Positions 34,316 to 43,173 of a stretch of DNA of 64,000 nt are shown piece by piece (the stretch's first letter is position 1; the number at the start of each line of letters is the position of its first letter). A model generated the notes under the pieces. That model saw nothing but the letters and a program-made list of their open reading frames with translations, had not been told where the DNA came from and ran no database searches. The stretch is from Escherichia phage vB_EcoM_ESCO8: sequence record OM386653.1, one strand, 5' to 3'. Position numbers and translations under genes: made by a program.

Positions 34316-36277
34316 TTATGTGCGTTTAGCAACAATAGCATCCACGTAATCACCAACACCACAATATGTTAGTTGTAGTATTGTTACTCCGTTAGGATCT
34401 GTATTAATATCACTAGAACCAATTACTTTATAAGATGGATCTAAAGTAACAGTACGACCTCCAGTGGCATCTTGGATAAGATAAACTATTGCAGAGAATG
34501 GTTTAGGTTTTGTGCTATCTTCGACACCAGGCCATGCTTTTATAGTAGAGTTACCAGTAAGATTCAACACATTCATGTTATGTGTTCCTGGAGGTGTCCA
34601 GTCACCTGTAACAGAGTTGTTGGTATATGCTGTAACCTCTATAAAATTAGTTGTTACTTTTGTTGGAACTATATCTTGACCATCTACAGAACTGGTGAGT
34701 TCTTCCCATGCTCCATCTTTACGAGCATAGATCTTACCGTCACTAGGTGCATCTGTAATGCTAGGTAGTGTACCTTGAGAAGTCCAGACAGTTGCAGATG
34801 TTTTTAAGAACACCTCGCCAGTGGAGATATTAAAGGCATAATCCCCTTGTTTACCATCACTAGAGATTGGATCTGTTGTTTTAACAATCCAAGTTGCACC
34901 GTCTGTACCGTTAGTACCAGCGTCACCTTTCTCACCCTTATCACCTTTCAAACTGCCCATATCTACATATTCAGCAGTTTGAGTTTGTTCATCATAGGTG
35001 TAAATGTAAAGATGACCTGTGTCTTCCGTTAGATAAGCATCACCGTAATTGGATGTAGGAGGAAGTGCACTTGCAGACGCAACGTGTCCTTTTGCAGTGA
35101 TTGGAGTACCAGCTAAACGACCAACATTTGTCCACTGTGTGGCTCCTTGCAACCAAACCCAAAGTTCATTATTGATCAGATAACCATCACCATCTTCTCC
35201 AGTTTGTGGTAGTTCAGAAGTGTCAGTCAGAATATCAATAATGGTCAACCCTGCACCAGTTGGCCCCGTCAAGCCTTGTATACCCTGCTCACCTTGATCA
35301 CCCTTGTCTCCCTTATCACCTTTTTCTCCTTTCAGAGAGGCAATATATTCGTCAATAGTACCAACGTTACCAGCGTTTAACCAGACTTGATAAGCTGAAT
35401 CACCAGTGTTACCCTTATCTCCTTTGTCGCCTTTATCTCCTTTTGGCCCCACTATAGCACCCATATTGATCCATTCTACACCGTTTGACACGTATAGATA
35501 TGTACCAATACTCCATGCTTGAGATGTGTTTCCAGGAGATGCAGAAGGAAGATCTGAAACGGAATTAGCTGCACCTTGGTAATCAAAACCATTAGCATTG
35601 TTACCTGGTACACCTTGTGGCCCCTCTGGGCCAGGCTCCCCTTTATCACCTTTAATTGAAGCAAGATAATCTAGTTCTGTACCTTGGTTTCCTGCTGCAA
35701 GCCAAACTTGATAAGCTGATTTACCTTCTGGCCCCTGTGAGTTTACTTTTCTCCAAGCAGTACCATCCCAAGCATACATATTCTCGCCTACAATCCATGC
35801 ATCTCCTGCATTGTTTCCAGTTGTAGGTAATTGGTTGGTATTAGATAGCGTCCCTAGCAGCTTTAATGGAGCACCTGGATCACCTTTTAAAGAAGCCAAC
35901 CACTCTGTCTCAGTACCTTGGAAACCATTGTCTACGGCAATCTGGTAAGCTGATTTACCAGCTTCTGGAATGGATTCTCTAAGATCTTCAATTTCAGCTT
36001 CAATAGCATCTAATTCTGATTCTATTTGAGCAATGTCATCTGCATTACCCACATTTTTCCAAGCTGTATCTGAAATACCTCCAGTAGATGTAGGAGTAGA
36101 GTTAGCAGGTACAACTTTAGGTAGAGAACCTTTCCACTGATAGTAGTTACCGTCAGTTTCAAAGAGCAATGCTTCACGAGCATCTCTTAAGGTAAAACCA
36201 CTTGCAAAACTTCTACGCTTTCTATAGCGAGACTCTACCATGTCTGCAATGGCACTATTTGGACGTGTTAAAATCAC
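34316..36277 (-). CDS. tail fibre protein with collagen-like G-X-Y repeat blocks
   Basis: GPKGDKGDKGDKGNTGDS, KGEKGDKGDKGDQGEQGIQGLTGPTGAG and GDKGEKGDAGTNGTDG tracts; coiled-coil-like N-terminus. Confidence 0.6.
   Translation of the reverse strand: MILTRPNSAIADMVESRYRKRRSFASGFTLRDAREALLFETDGNYYQWKGSLPKVVPANSTPTSTGGISDTAWKNVGNADDIAQIESELDAIEAEIEDLRESIPEAGKSAYQIAVDNGFQGTETEWLASLKGDPGAPLKLLGTLSNTNQLPTTGNNAGDAWIVGENMYAWDGTAWRKVNSQGPEGKSAYQVWLAAGNQGTELDYLASIKGDKGEPGPEGPQGVPGNNANGFDYQGAANSVSDLPSASPGNTSQAWSIGTYLYVSNGVEWINMGAIVGPKGDKGDKGDKGNTGDSAYQVWLNAGNVGTIDEYIASLKGEKGDKGDKGDQGEQGIQGLTGPTGAGLTIIDILTDTSELPQTGEDGDGYLINNELWVWLQGATQWTNVGRLAGTPITAKGHVASASALPPTSNYGDAYLTEDTGHLYIYTYDEQTQTAEYVDMGSLKGDKGEKGDAGTNGTDGATWIVKTTDPISSDGKQGDYAFNISTGEVFLKTSATVWTSQGTLPSITDAPSDGKIYARKDGAWEELTSSVDGQDIVPTKVTTNFIEVTAYTNNSVTGDWTPPGTHNMNVLNLTGNSTIKAWPGVEDSTKPKPFSAIVYLIQDATGGRTVTLDPSYKVIGSSDINTDPNGVTILQLTYCGVGDYVDAIVAKRT
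34897..35455 (-). repeat. three blocks of collagen-like (Gly-X-Y) triplet repeats within the fibre gene
   Basis: Seen on the plus strand as ccttt(a/g)tc(a/t)cc units at about 34921-34945, 35281-35330 and 35411-35450. Confidence 0.6.
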
Positions 36278-36296
36278 TTTACTACTCCTTTTATAA

Positions 36297-36316
36297 AGGG
36301 GCTTTCGCCCCTTTTT
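36297..36316. terminator. hairpin (aggggc-TTTC-gcccct) with flanking A/T tracts between tailspike and fibre genes
   Basis: Inverted repeat with T5 on the plus side and AT-rich on the minus side. Confidence 0.4.
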
Positions 36317-36318
36317 AA

Positions 36319-38733
36319 TTAAGCATTATTGACAGTAACAAAAGTAACAGGATTCAGAGCTTTAATTTGTGTATTCTCTGCTGTAGGTGTTACAATTGGA
36401 TCTGCAATATCTATTGTGTACAAACTATTTGTCACGTATGTAGCACGTGCTATAGTTGTCACAAGATCGCCGCCATTTGCACCTGCACCTGGAATAACAA
36501 TCTTAGTACCTGCTGCTTTAGCGTAGCCATTACTAGCCCAGTTTAAAGCATTAGACTGTAGATAGGTTTGACCTGTAACAGTTGCTTTTATTTTCTCGTT
36601 GGCACTAAAGAAAGCACCACCTACTGTAACAACATGTTTTTTACCGCTTGCACAATGAATAACTGTTCCAGTAGGGAATTCACGCCCACCTGGGAATTCA
36701 TCATAAGCTGTAAAATATTGTTCAGAAATAGTAGTTAAAACTGGCCCACGATGACCTGTACCATCAACAGCAGTTGGAACACCAAAGTTATTTCCAACCT
36801 GATCGCAACGATCAGTGTAGATTTTAGCAAAAGAAACTGTTGTTTCATCTCCGCTAAGTGCTGTACATCCTACCCACTTCATATACGTGAATTGGCTGCG
36901 AGTATAGAAACCGCCACCACTTCCTTCTCCGCTTCCGTGTTGACCAATAAAGTCAATACTACGGCAACGAATATTATTAAAGGTAGAGCTAGATGGTAGC
37001 CCACGCCATTTAAAAACATTACAATTGATGTTACTAACAATTGTAGAGTTTTCCCAGGCATCTGATCCAGCCGTTGCAATCTCAATTGAAGATTCTGGAA
37101 TATCCAAATTCTTAATTGTAAAGTTAATTGGTGGCCCCGCATATCTTCCACTGTTAACACCCCAGTCAATAAAGACCATGCGTGTTGAAACAGACGGATC
37201 ATTAAGCAGATAACCAGTTAAACCATCAACTTCAAAATCTTGGCATCCGTATAATGCAACACCACAAGTAGTTAAACCTGTACCTGTTGAAACTGCTGTG
37301 TTAGGATAAACTTCGTTATCACGTATTGTGAAGTTTTTACCCATTTCAACGTGTAGACATTGACGGCAATTGTAAACCCTATTCCCAACGATACTGAAAT
37401 TACGTACATATTGTGAGTCAGGAACATCAACACCATATGGGCCACTACCTGCTACACCAATACCAATACCCCAGTTTGCCCCTTGTCCAGAAGCATCTAC
37501 GTTAGCAATGTGGTTATTCTCGATAATCAAACCTTCAGTGTAGTGTTTTTGAACTACGTTAAGTTCAATAGCATCACCTTTAATATCGTGAATATAGTTG
37601 TTAGAGTAACGCCCGTAGGTCATTACTTCTCCAGTACCTTGTTGCAGGATCGCATATTTACAACCATACATTTCGTTGTAACTGAAGTCCAACGTACCTT
37701 CACTTGTCATTGCTTGCATTAAGAATGCTGCTGTAGATGTTGCGTTGGAGAAGATATTACGATAGAATCGGCAATCACCACCTAACATCTTAACATAACA
37801 TTTTTCAAAGCGAACGTTTTCCATCCAACAGGACACAGTAGAAATCATTGTTCCACCGTTACCAGTGAATGTACCACCATACCAACGAATACCAGACATA
37901 GCAATTGAGCTTGTGAATCTATAATTCTTATCTGCACGTACTTGAATGTTATTCGTGTTAGCGAAAGTAATAGTTTTTAAAATTGCTTGAGTATCATCGG
38001 TAACTCCATCACCAATTGCACCAAACTGCTCAGGCGTTACAAAGTATTGAGCTTGTAACAGGTTGCCTCCAGATGGAAGACCAACCATTGCTGCACCAGT
38101 GGTAGATGACAAAAGGTTTTTCTCTACGTAAGAAGTAGAGGCTGTTGTTTTACCAATAAAAGCAAACAATTTGTTAGGTAGACCAGTAGACGGATCTAAA
38201 CCTAATGGTTCTGCCAGAATAATTTTACTATCTCTGATAGTAAATGCTTCACCTTGAATCTGAATTACACCGTTAATGGTGACAATAGCATTATCAAAGA
38301 TATAAGGAGGACTGATTTCTGTTTCATATCCTGTAGCACCTTTAAAATACCAAGGATACACATCTGAAGCTAACTGTTCAGTTTTAAGAGCGTATAGAGT
38401 CCAGTTACTGTCTCCTACAGGTGTACCCTGCATAGGTACAGGGTTCGCAGTAGTGGCAGATGGGGCATAATAGTACCCACTCAAGATACCGTTTTCAAAA
38501 TAACGTAACTGGTTAAATACAGTTTCAGTTGATCCTGCTGACCAAGCAACAGGACTCTTAAAGAAGAAGTTATCAACAAGTGCTTTACGCAGTGTAGGTA
38601 TTAAACCTGTTTCGGTTTCTACAGTTGCTGTAGCATCTCCATTAATAACATCATGCATCTGGTTAGACGAGAATATAACAAGATCAACACCTTGTTCTAG
38701 TGTCGTAGCAGGATATGTTGGAAAATTCGCCAT
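36319..38733 (-). CDS. tailspike-like protein (probable right-handed beta-helix, depolymerase-like)
   Basis: 804 aa; long central region rich in Asn/Gly/Thr with periodic hydrophobic repeats typical of pectate-lyase-like beta-helices; fold assignment is inference. Confidence 0.45.
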   Translation of the reverse strand: MANFPTYPATTLEQGVDLVIFSSNQMHDVINGDATATVETETGLIPTLRKALVDNFFFKSPVAWSAGSTETVFNQLRYFENGILSGYYYAPSATTANPVPMQGTPVGDSNWTLYALKTEQLASDVYPWYFKGATGYETEISPPYIFDNAIVTINGVIQIQGEAFTIRDSKIILAEPLGLDPSTGLPNKLFAFIGKTTASTSYVEKNLLSSTTGAAMVGLPSGGNLLQAQYFVTPEQFGAIGDGVTDDTQAILKTITFANTNNIQVRADKNYRFTSSIAMSGIRWYGGTFTGNGGTMISTVSCWMENVRFEKCYVKMLGGDCRFYRNIFSNATSTAAFLMQAMTSEGTLDFSYNEMYGCKYAILQQGTGEVMTYGRYSNNYIHDIKGDAIELNVVQKHYTEGLIIENNHIANVDASGQGANWGIGIGVAGSGPYGVDVPDSQYVRNFSIVGNRVYNCRQCLHVEMGKNFTIRDNEVYPNTAVSTGTGLTTCGVALYGCQDFEVDGLTGYLLNDPSVSTRMVFIDWGVNSGRYAGPPINFTIKNLDIPESSIEIATAGSDAWENSTIVSNINCNVFKWRGLPSSSTFNNIRCRSIDFIGQHGSGEGSGGGFYTRSQFTYMKWVGCTALSGDETTVSFAKIYTDRCDQVGNNFGVPTAVDGTGHRGPVLTTISEQYFTAYDEFPGGREFPTGTVIHCASGKKHVVTVGGAFFSANEKIKATVTGQTYLQSNALNWASNGYAKAAGTKIVIPGAGANGGDLVTTIARATYVTNSLYTIDIADPIVTPTAENTQIKALNPVTFVTVNNA

Positions 38734-39074
38734 TAATTTTTGTCCTTACTTTGTGTGCGCTTTGTAATCTCCTCTAGCATTAATTGAACAGGAGCATTTT
38801 TTAAATCCATTATTTTTTCAATCTTCTGTTCTAAGGCAGTATTATTTGCCATTAATGTAGAGTTGATCTGGTTAAGCATTTGAGCAAGTTCTGCTTTGGT
38901 AGCATAAGTGGATTCAACAAACACCAACTTCTTTTCTAGTTCGCGGTATTTGTCTTCCATTTTATCCAAATCACTTGCCATATCATCTATCTTCTGTTTG
39001 AAGACCACCCAGATTACGCCAATAAGAGGGATAATCGCCTCTTTAGCGATATCCCATACTTCTGTTAGCTCCAT
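38733..39074 (-). CDS. membrane-anchored coiled-coil protein (function unknown)
   Basis: N-terminal hydrophobic segment AIIPLIGVIWVVF then charged coiled coil. Confidence 0.35.
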   Translation of the reverse strand: MELTEVWDIAKEAIIPLIGVIWVVFKQKIDDMASDLDKMEDKYRELEKKLVFVESTYATKAELAQMLNQINSTLMANNTALEQKIEKIMDLKNAPVQLMLEEITKRTQSKDKN

Positions 39075-39083
39075 ACATTGCCC

Positions 39084-39635
39084 CTATTTCTTAGGTCTTG
39101 TAGGCCAAGTTATATTAGGTGCATCTTCAACGTTAATTTGAATTAATGTTGCACGATAGAGTTTAACTTTTCCTAACCAATCTTTTTGTTCTTCAGATAA
39201 ACCTTGTAATTCCTCTAAATCTTGAATCGCAGACACTTGATTCGTAGCCCAAGTTAGCTCCTTTTCTAACTTAAGAGTAGCATCTTCAATAGCAAGATTA
39301 TTGTGAGGAACAAACTTACCTTCAACATATTGCCAAGAGCCAATGTTACTTTCATCTTCTATTTTATCTGGTACATTATATGTAACTAAAATAGATTGTC
39401 CGGCAGGGAAATAGGTAGTAACATCTTTAGTAGCACCACGTACAATATTATTATCATCTAAGGTAATAAAATAAGCGTCGGGATATTCTACCATCAAAGT
39501 TTTTTGAAGCTGATACCAGTCGTTACCATCTTTGTCTTGCAAAAAACCACCACCAACAGAAAGATAAAGAATATTTTCTTCTGTTAACTCTGGTTCATAC
39601 AATTCAAAACCTGTAAAAATAACGTCTTTTTTCAT
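39084..39635 (-). CDS. tail fibre assembly chaperone-like protein
   Basis: 183 aa directly downstream of a fibre gene; C-terminal ...LYRATLIQINVEDAPNITWPTRP resembles Tfa-family tails. Confidence 0.4.
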   Translation of the reverse strand: MKKDVIFTGFELYEPELTEENILYLSVGGGFLQDKDGNDWYQLQKTLMVEYPDAYFITLDDNNIVRGATKDVTTYFPAGQSILVTYNVPDKIEDESNIGSWQYVEGKFVPHNNLAIEDATLKLEKELTWATNQVSAIQDLEELQGLSEEQKDWLGKVKLYRATLIQINVEDAPNITWPTRPKK

Positions 39636-39644
39636 AGACTCTCC

Positions 39645-40628
39645 TTACGAAACGTTGGTTACTGTTATCCAGCTACCATTAATATAATATTGTAGCGGGG
39701 CTGACCAATACCAAGCACCACGAAGTTCTTTCTTGTCACCAAAACCCCAACCTGTGATCACGTGACCAGCATAGAAACGAGACTCAGATACACCAGCTTG
39801 GATACGTGTTCCAAGACGGATAGCAGACACAACAGAAGAAACTCTATTGTTAATGCTATTAATTTGGCCTTGCAAGTTACTATTAACGTTGTTAATATTA
39901 TTTTGCAGTGTGCTTTGCAATGAGTTTAGTCTGGAGTTAAGATAATCTAATCTTACAAGAGCATTACCATTGCCAGTATCTTGACCAGAATTAGAACGAG
40001 GATTGTCTATTAAAACATAACCTGCATCATACAAACGGACTCCACAAGATGTTCCTCCAGTAGATGGATTTATTCTATAAATATAGAGTTGACCACCTGC
40101 ACCTGGTTCAGAAGACATATTGCCTACTGTTTGTCCATTATAGTTTCTAAAAAATAATGTTGCAGGATCTGTAGCACCTGTACCACAAGTGTAAATATCA
40201 CCTGCATAGATAGCACCACCATTATCACGCTTAACAAGGACATTCCCTACAACTTGGTTTGATGTTGCGTCTGTAATGTTAGCTGATAAGTGATTATGGC
40301 TGTTATCTACTACTTGAATAGATAATGTTACAGCAGCATTACCATTCCATGTGACTTCACCTGTAGCATCACCTGCCATTGTAATTTTAGTACCGACTAT
40401 AGGAAGATATGTAGTAGGCAATGTTGGGAAGAATTCATCTTGCATATAGCGAATCCAAGACCCAATATTGTTTAAGATCCAGTTCATTTCTTCACAAGTC
40501 ATAATCTGACCAAAGTCCATACCAACATTACGGATGGTTTCTTTTGGTCTAATCTTGTTTGTGTTTCCCGTTCCTGGGAGGGTTACTGTTTGTGTCGCCC
40601 AGTCAGGGTAGTATTGTGGCTTTGCCAT
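39645..40628 (-). CDS. tail fibre protein
   Basis: 327 aa, Asn/Gly/Thr/Ser-rich with NxxN repeats; position upstream of the Tfa-like gene. Confidence 0.45.
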   Translation of the reverse strand: MAKPQYYPDWATQTVTLPGTGNTNKIRPKETIRNVGMDFGQIMTCEEMNWILNNIGSWIRYMQDEFFPTLPTTYLPIVGTKITMAGDATGEVTWNGNAAVTLSIQVVDNSHNHLSANITDATSNQVVGNVLVKRDNGGAIYAGDIYTCGTGATDPATLFFRNYNGQTVGNMSSEPGAGGQLYIYRINPSTGGTSCGVRLYDAGYVLIDNPRSNSGQDTGNGNALVRLDYLNSRLNSLQSTLQNNINNVNSNLQGQINSINNRVSSVVSAIRLGTRIQAGVSESRFYAGHVITGWGFGDKKELRGAWYWSAPLQYYINGSWITVTNVS

Positions 40629-40641
40629 TAAGAGTAACTCC

Positions 40642-41271
40642 TTATTCTATTTGAGCTATCAGCATAGTCATTCGCCCTGTATCATCTCCTTCAGCCTCGG
40701 TGTAAAGAGAACCTAAACCACCTATACCATGAGGTGGAGTTGTGGCATAATAGGAAGTGAAACCAAAGGCTGCACCCGCTTTCGCACCTAAGCGATAACT
40801 ACTTAGGATCGGGAAAACGTTAAGTAACTGTGCTACTGCCTGATCGGATTGTAGACACAAATTATAAAAGAATACGTCGAATGTTTTATTTAATCCAACG
40901 TATGTATTGATCGTTTCTTTTTCTGTTCCTGTAAAACGAGCGAACATATCAATGATATCATCTCGCGTACCAGAAGACGCAACACGATAAGCCCTGATTT
41001 TTAATATTGTACGATACTCTTCATCTGTAGCACCATTTCTTTCCATTCCCATCTCTTCACCAATAAGATCTAAATACTTACCAGTTGCAGTAGAGATTAA
41101 GCGGTGTTTGGCAAGATAGATCATTGCCTGATCTATCTTTTGTTTTTCGCTAGAAATGATATAGAGTAGTTTGACAATGTTCGGAGAAGATTTAAAATCT
41201 TCAATCAGTAGGTCTTTAACATCTTCATTGATACTATCCCACGTTGTCACATGGTCAACACTCACTGCCAT
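40642..41271 (-). CDS. baseplate/tail structural protein (unassigned)
   Basis: 209-aa ORF inside the structural operon. Confidence 0.35.
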   Translation of the reverse strand: MAVSVDHVTTWDSINEDVKDLLIEDFKSSPNIVKLLYIISSEKQKIDQAMIYLAKHRLISTATGKYLDLIGEEMGMERNGATDEEYRTILKIRAYRVASSGTRDDIIDMFARFTGTEKETINTYVGLNKTFDVFFYNLCLQSDQAVAQLLNVFPILSSYRLGAKAGAAFGFTSYYATTPPHGIGGLGSLYTEAEGDDTGRMTMLIAQIE

Positions 41272-41273
41272 TT

Positions 41274-42761
41274 TTAGACTCCGTACTCGTAGGAAATATT
41301 ATCAAGGTCAAAGGATGGTACAACATTGTACGCTGGAGTGATATCTCCCTCATTATATTTACTGTCATCCTCAGTATTAAGTTTAACATAAACACGGAGA
41401 GAAGTCAAGCGTCCGAACGCAAGTGCAGAATAAATTACACCTTTTATCTGATCGTTAGTTACTGTTGACCCTAGCTCAAAATAAGCCTGTAAGTTTGCAA
41501 GAGCAGAAACAATATTTTCCCTTTCTGTTGTACTTAGCACACTACCATTGCCAGTTTGATACACCAGTTTAAGTGAATATTCAGCATTGTCACCAGGAGA
41601 AAAACGAATTACTTCTTGACCGCCATCTTCTGTTACGATAGTAATTGCTGTTGTACCATAGGTTAAGGTGTTAATAGGCTTAGTATTATAAATAACCTGT
41701 GCAACTTCTTCTGCTGTACCACCATACACAATAGTCTGGAATGTCATAGCTGGAGCATGTTCCTGATCATGTAATGTAGGGTTATCATAAATCTTAACCT
41801 TTGTCACACCATCTGTCAGTAGCAGAGCTTTAACAATAGCAGCACGAGTAGCAGCATTAGCTTCATCCATATTATCATTGAAACGAGAACGGAATTCTGC
41901 ATCTGTTTCAACATCTGTACCTGGAGAGAATGGATAGAAGTTACCTGTATCTAAAAAGCCTGTAAACGTTGAAGAAATACCTGTGATACTTTCTGTACCT
42001 ACTGGATTATAACCAACGTCTGAACACGTAACTGGAATTTCACTCCATTTTGTACCAATTGCAATAGATGCGTAAAATTTCACTGGTGTTACTAGACCTA
42101 TTGGGTTAACATTATCTTCTGGATTATAACCCATATAAACATTACTAGCATCATTCCATACTAAAGCACGATCTGTTGTTGATACGTTAGCTTTAATGAA
42201 ATTCGTGAGATCTAAAATAAAGTTTGTATTGCTAGGACTTAATGTTTTACTGTTAAGACCACCATCAATAGCACTTTGAATGTAGAAAGTAATAGAAGTT
42301 TCACCAGAAGCTGTTGCGTTTGCTTTAGAAATGGTGTATGCTCCAATCTTAGCATTCAACATTGTTGGTGCACTGATATAATATGTCAAATCGTTATCGG
42401 CATTAAAATAAACATCTGTGCTTAGTTCATAAGTCCAAGCTGCCTTATTGTTAGATTTAACATAAGCATAACCACTACCAGCAGAAGCAGCTTTACGATA
42501 AAAACCTCTTTTAGAGAAGATTTCATCAAGGTAAATACCTTCTGCACCATCTAAGGTTTGGGTATTGTAAACACCTTGCATACCTTCCCAAAGGGTGTAA
42601 TCTGTATATGCAATAATACGAAACAGTTGACCAAAGACAGTATCTTCAGATGTAGCTGTATCTGCACCGAAAGTGTTTTTCAATGCTGTCATATAATTAT
42701 TTAAAATATCATCAAACGTTGGAATTACAAAACCAGCATCTGTTAAACCATAATCTGCCAT
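41274..42761 (-). CDS. baseplate/tail structural protein (unassigned)
   Basis: 495 aa; translationally coupled to the upstream small ORF (TAATG overlap). Confidence 0.35.
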   Translation of the reverse strand: MADYGLTDAGFVIPTFDDILNNYMTALKNTFGADTATSEDTVFGQLFRIIAYTDYTLWEGMQGVYNTQTLDGAEGIYLDEIFSKRGFYRKAASAGSGYAYVKSNNKAAWTYELSTDVYFNADNDLTYYISAPTMLNAKIGAYTISKANATASGETSITFYIQSAIDGGLNSKTLSPSNTNFILDLTNFIKANVSTTDRALVWNDASNVYMGYNPEDNVNPIGLVTPVKFYASIAIGTKWSEIPVTCSDVGYNPVGTESITGISSTFTGFLDTGNFYPFSPGTDVETDAEFRSRFNDNMDEANAATRAAIVKALLLTDGVTKVKIYDNPTLHDQEHAPAMTFQTIVYGGTAEEVAQVIYNTKPINTLTYGTTAITIVTEDGGQEVIRFSPGDNAEYSLKLVYQTGNGSVLSTTERENIVSALANLQAYFELGSTVTNDQIKGVIYSALAFGRLTSLRVYVKLNTEDDSKYNEGDITPAYNVVPSFDLDNISYEYGV

Positions 42762-43006
42762 TAATTATCCTCCTTATCAGGGGCAGGTGATCTGCCCCAA
42801 CGTAAATCTATTAAATTCTTCATTAGTCTGGATGGTGTGATCATAAAAACAAAAGCCCAGCCCATCCATTCAGGAATTTCTTTATCAATTCCCAAATAAA
42901 TAAACATACTGGACATAACAATCATACCAATAGCATTCCAAACTTTAGTAGAACTGACTTTATTATCAGGATATGTACAGAACATACCTATTAAAAATTT
43001 TCTCAT
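42761..43006 (-). CDS. small membrane protein (two TM segments)
   Basis: 81-aa hydrophobic ORF; contains the RBS AAGGAGG of the next gene. Confidence 0.4.
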   Translation of the reverse strand: MRKFLIGMFCTYPDNKVSSTKVWNAIGMIVMSSMFIYLGIDKEIPEWMGWAFVFMITPSRLMKNLIDLRWGRSPAPDKEDN

Positions 43007-43144
43007 GGTGCGTTCTCATTACTTTTTAAATCACGATATACAGCTAATTCCCCAAGGTCTACAGAACCCGCTGAATGCACAAGTACAGCAGCACTAAGAC
43101 TAAAAGCAGTTCACCTGATTCATTCATAATATTACCGTAATTGT

Positions 43145-43161
43145 GCCCCCAATTCGGGGGC
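43145..43161 (-). terminator. GC-rich hairpin (gccccc / gggggc) downstream of the tailspike gene
   Basis: 6-bp GC stem; the U-rich tail is better on the plus side, so function is uncertain. Confidence 0.3.
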
Positions 43162-43173
43162 TTAGTGCTTATT

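Noticed and set aside
43007-43173. 167-nt non-coding gap in the tail fibre region examined for a small RNA, tRNA or promoter
   Set aside because: No tRNA-like T-loop or acceptor pairing, no convincing -35/-10 pair on either strand and only one GC hairpin; treated as intergenic spacer with a possible terminator.
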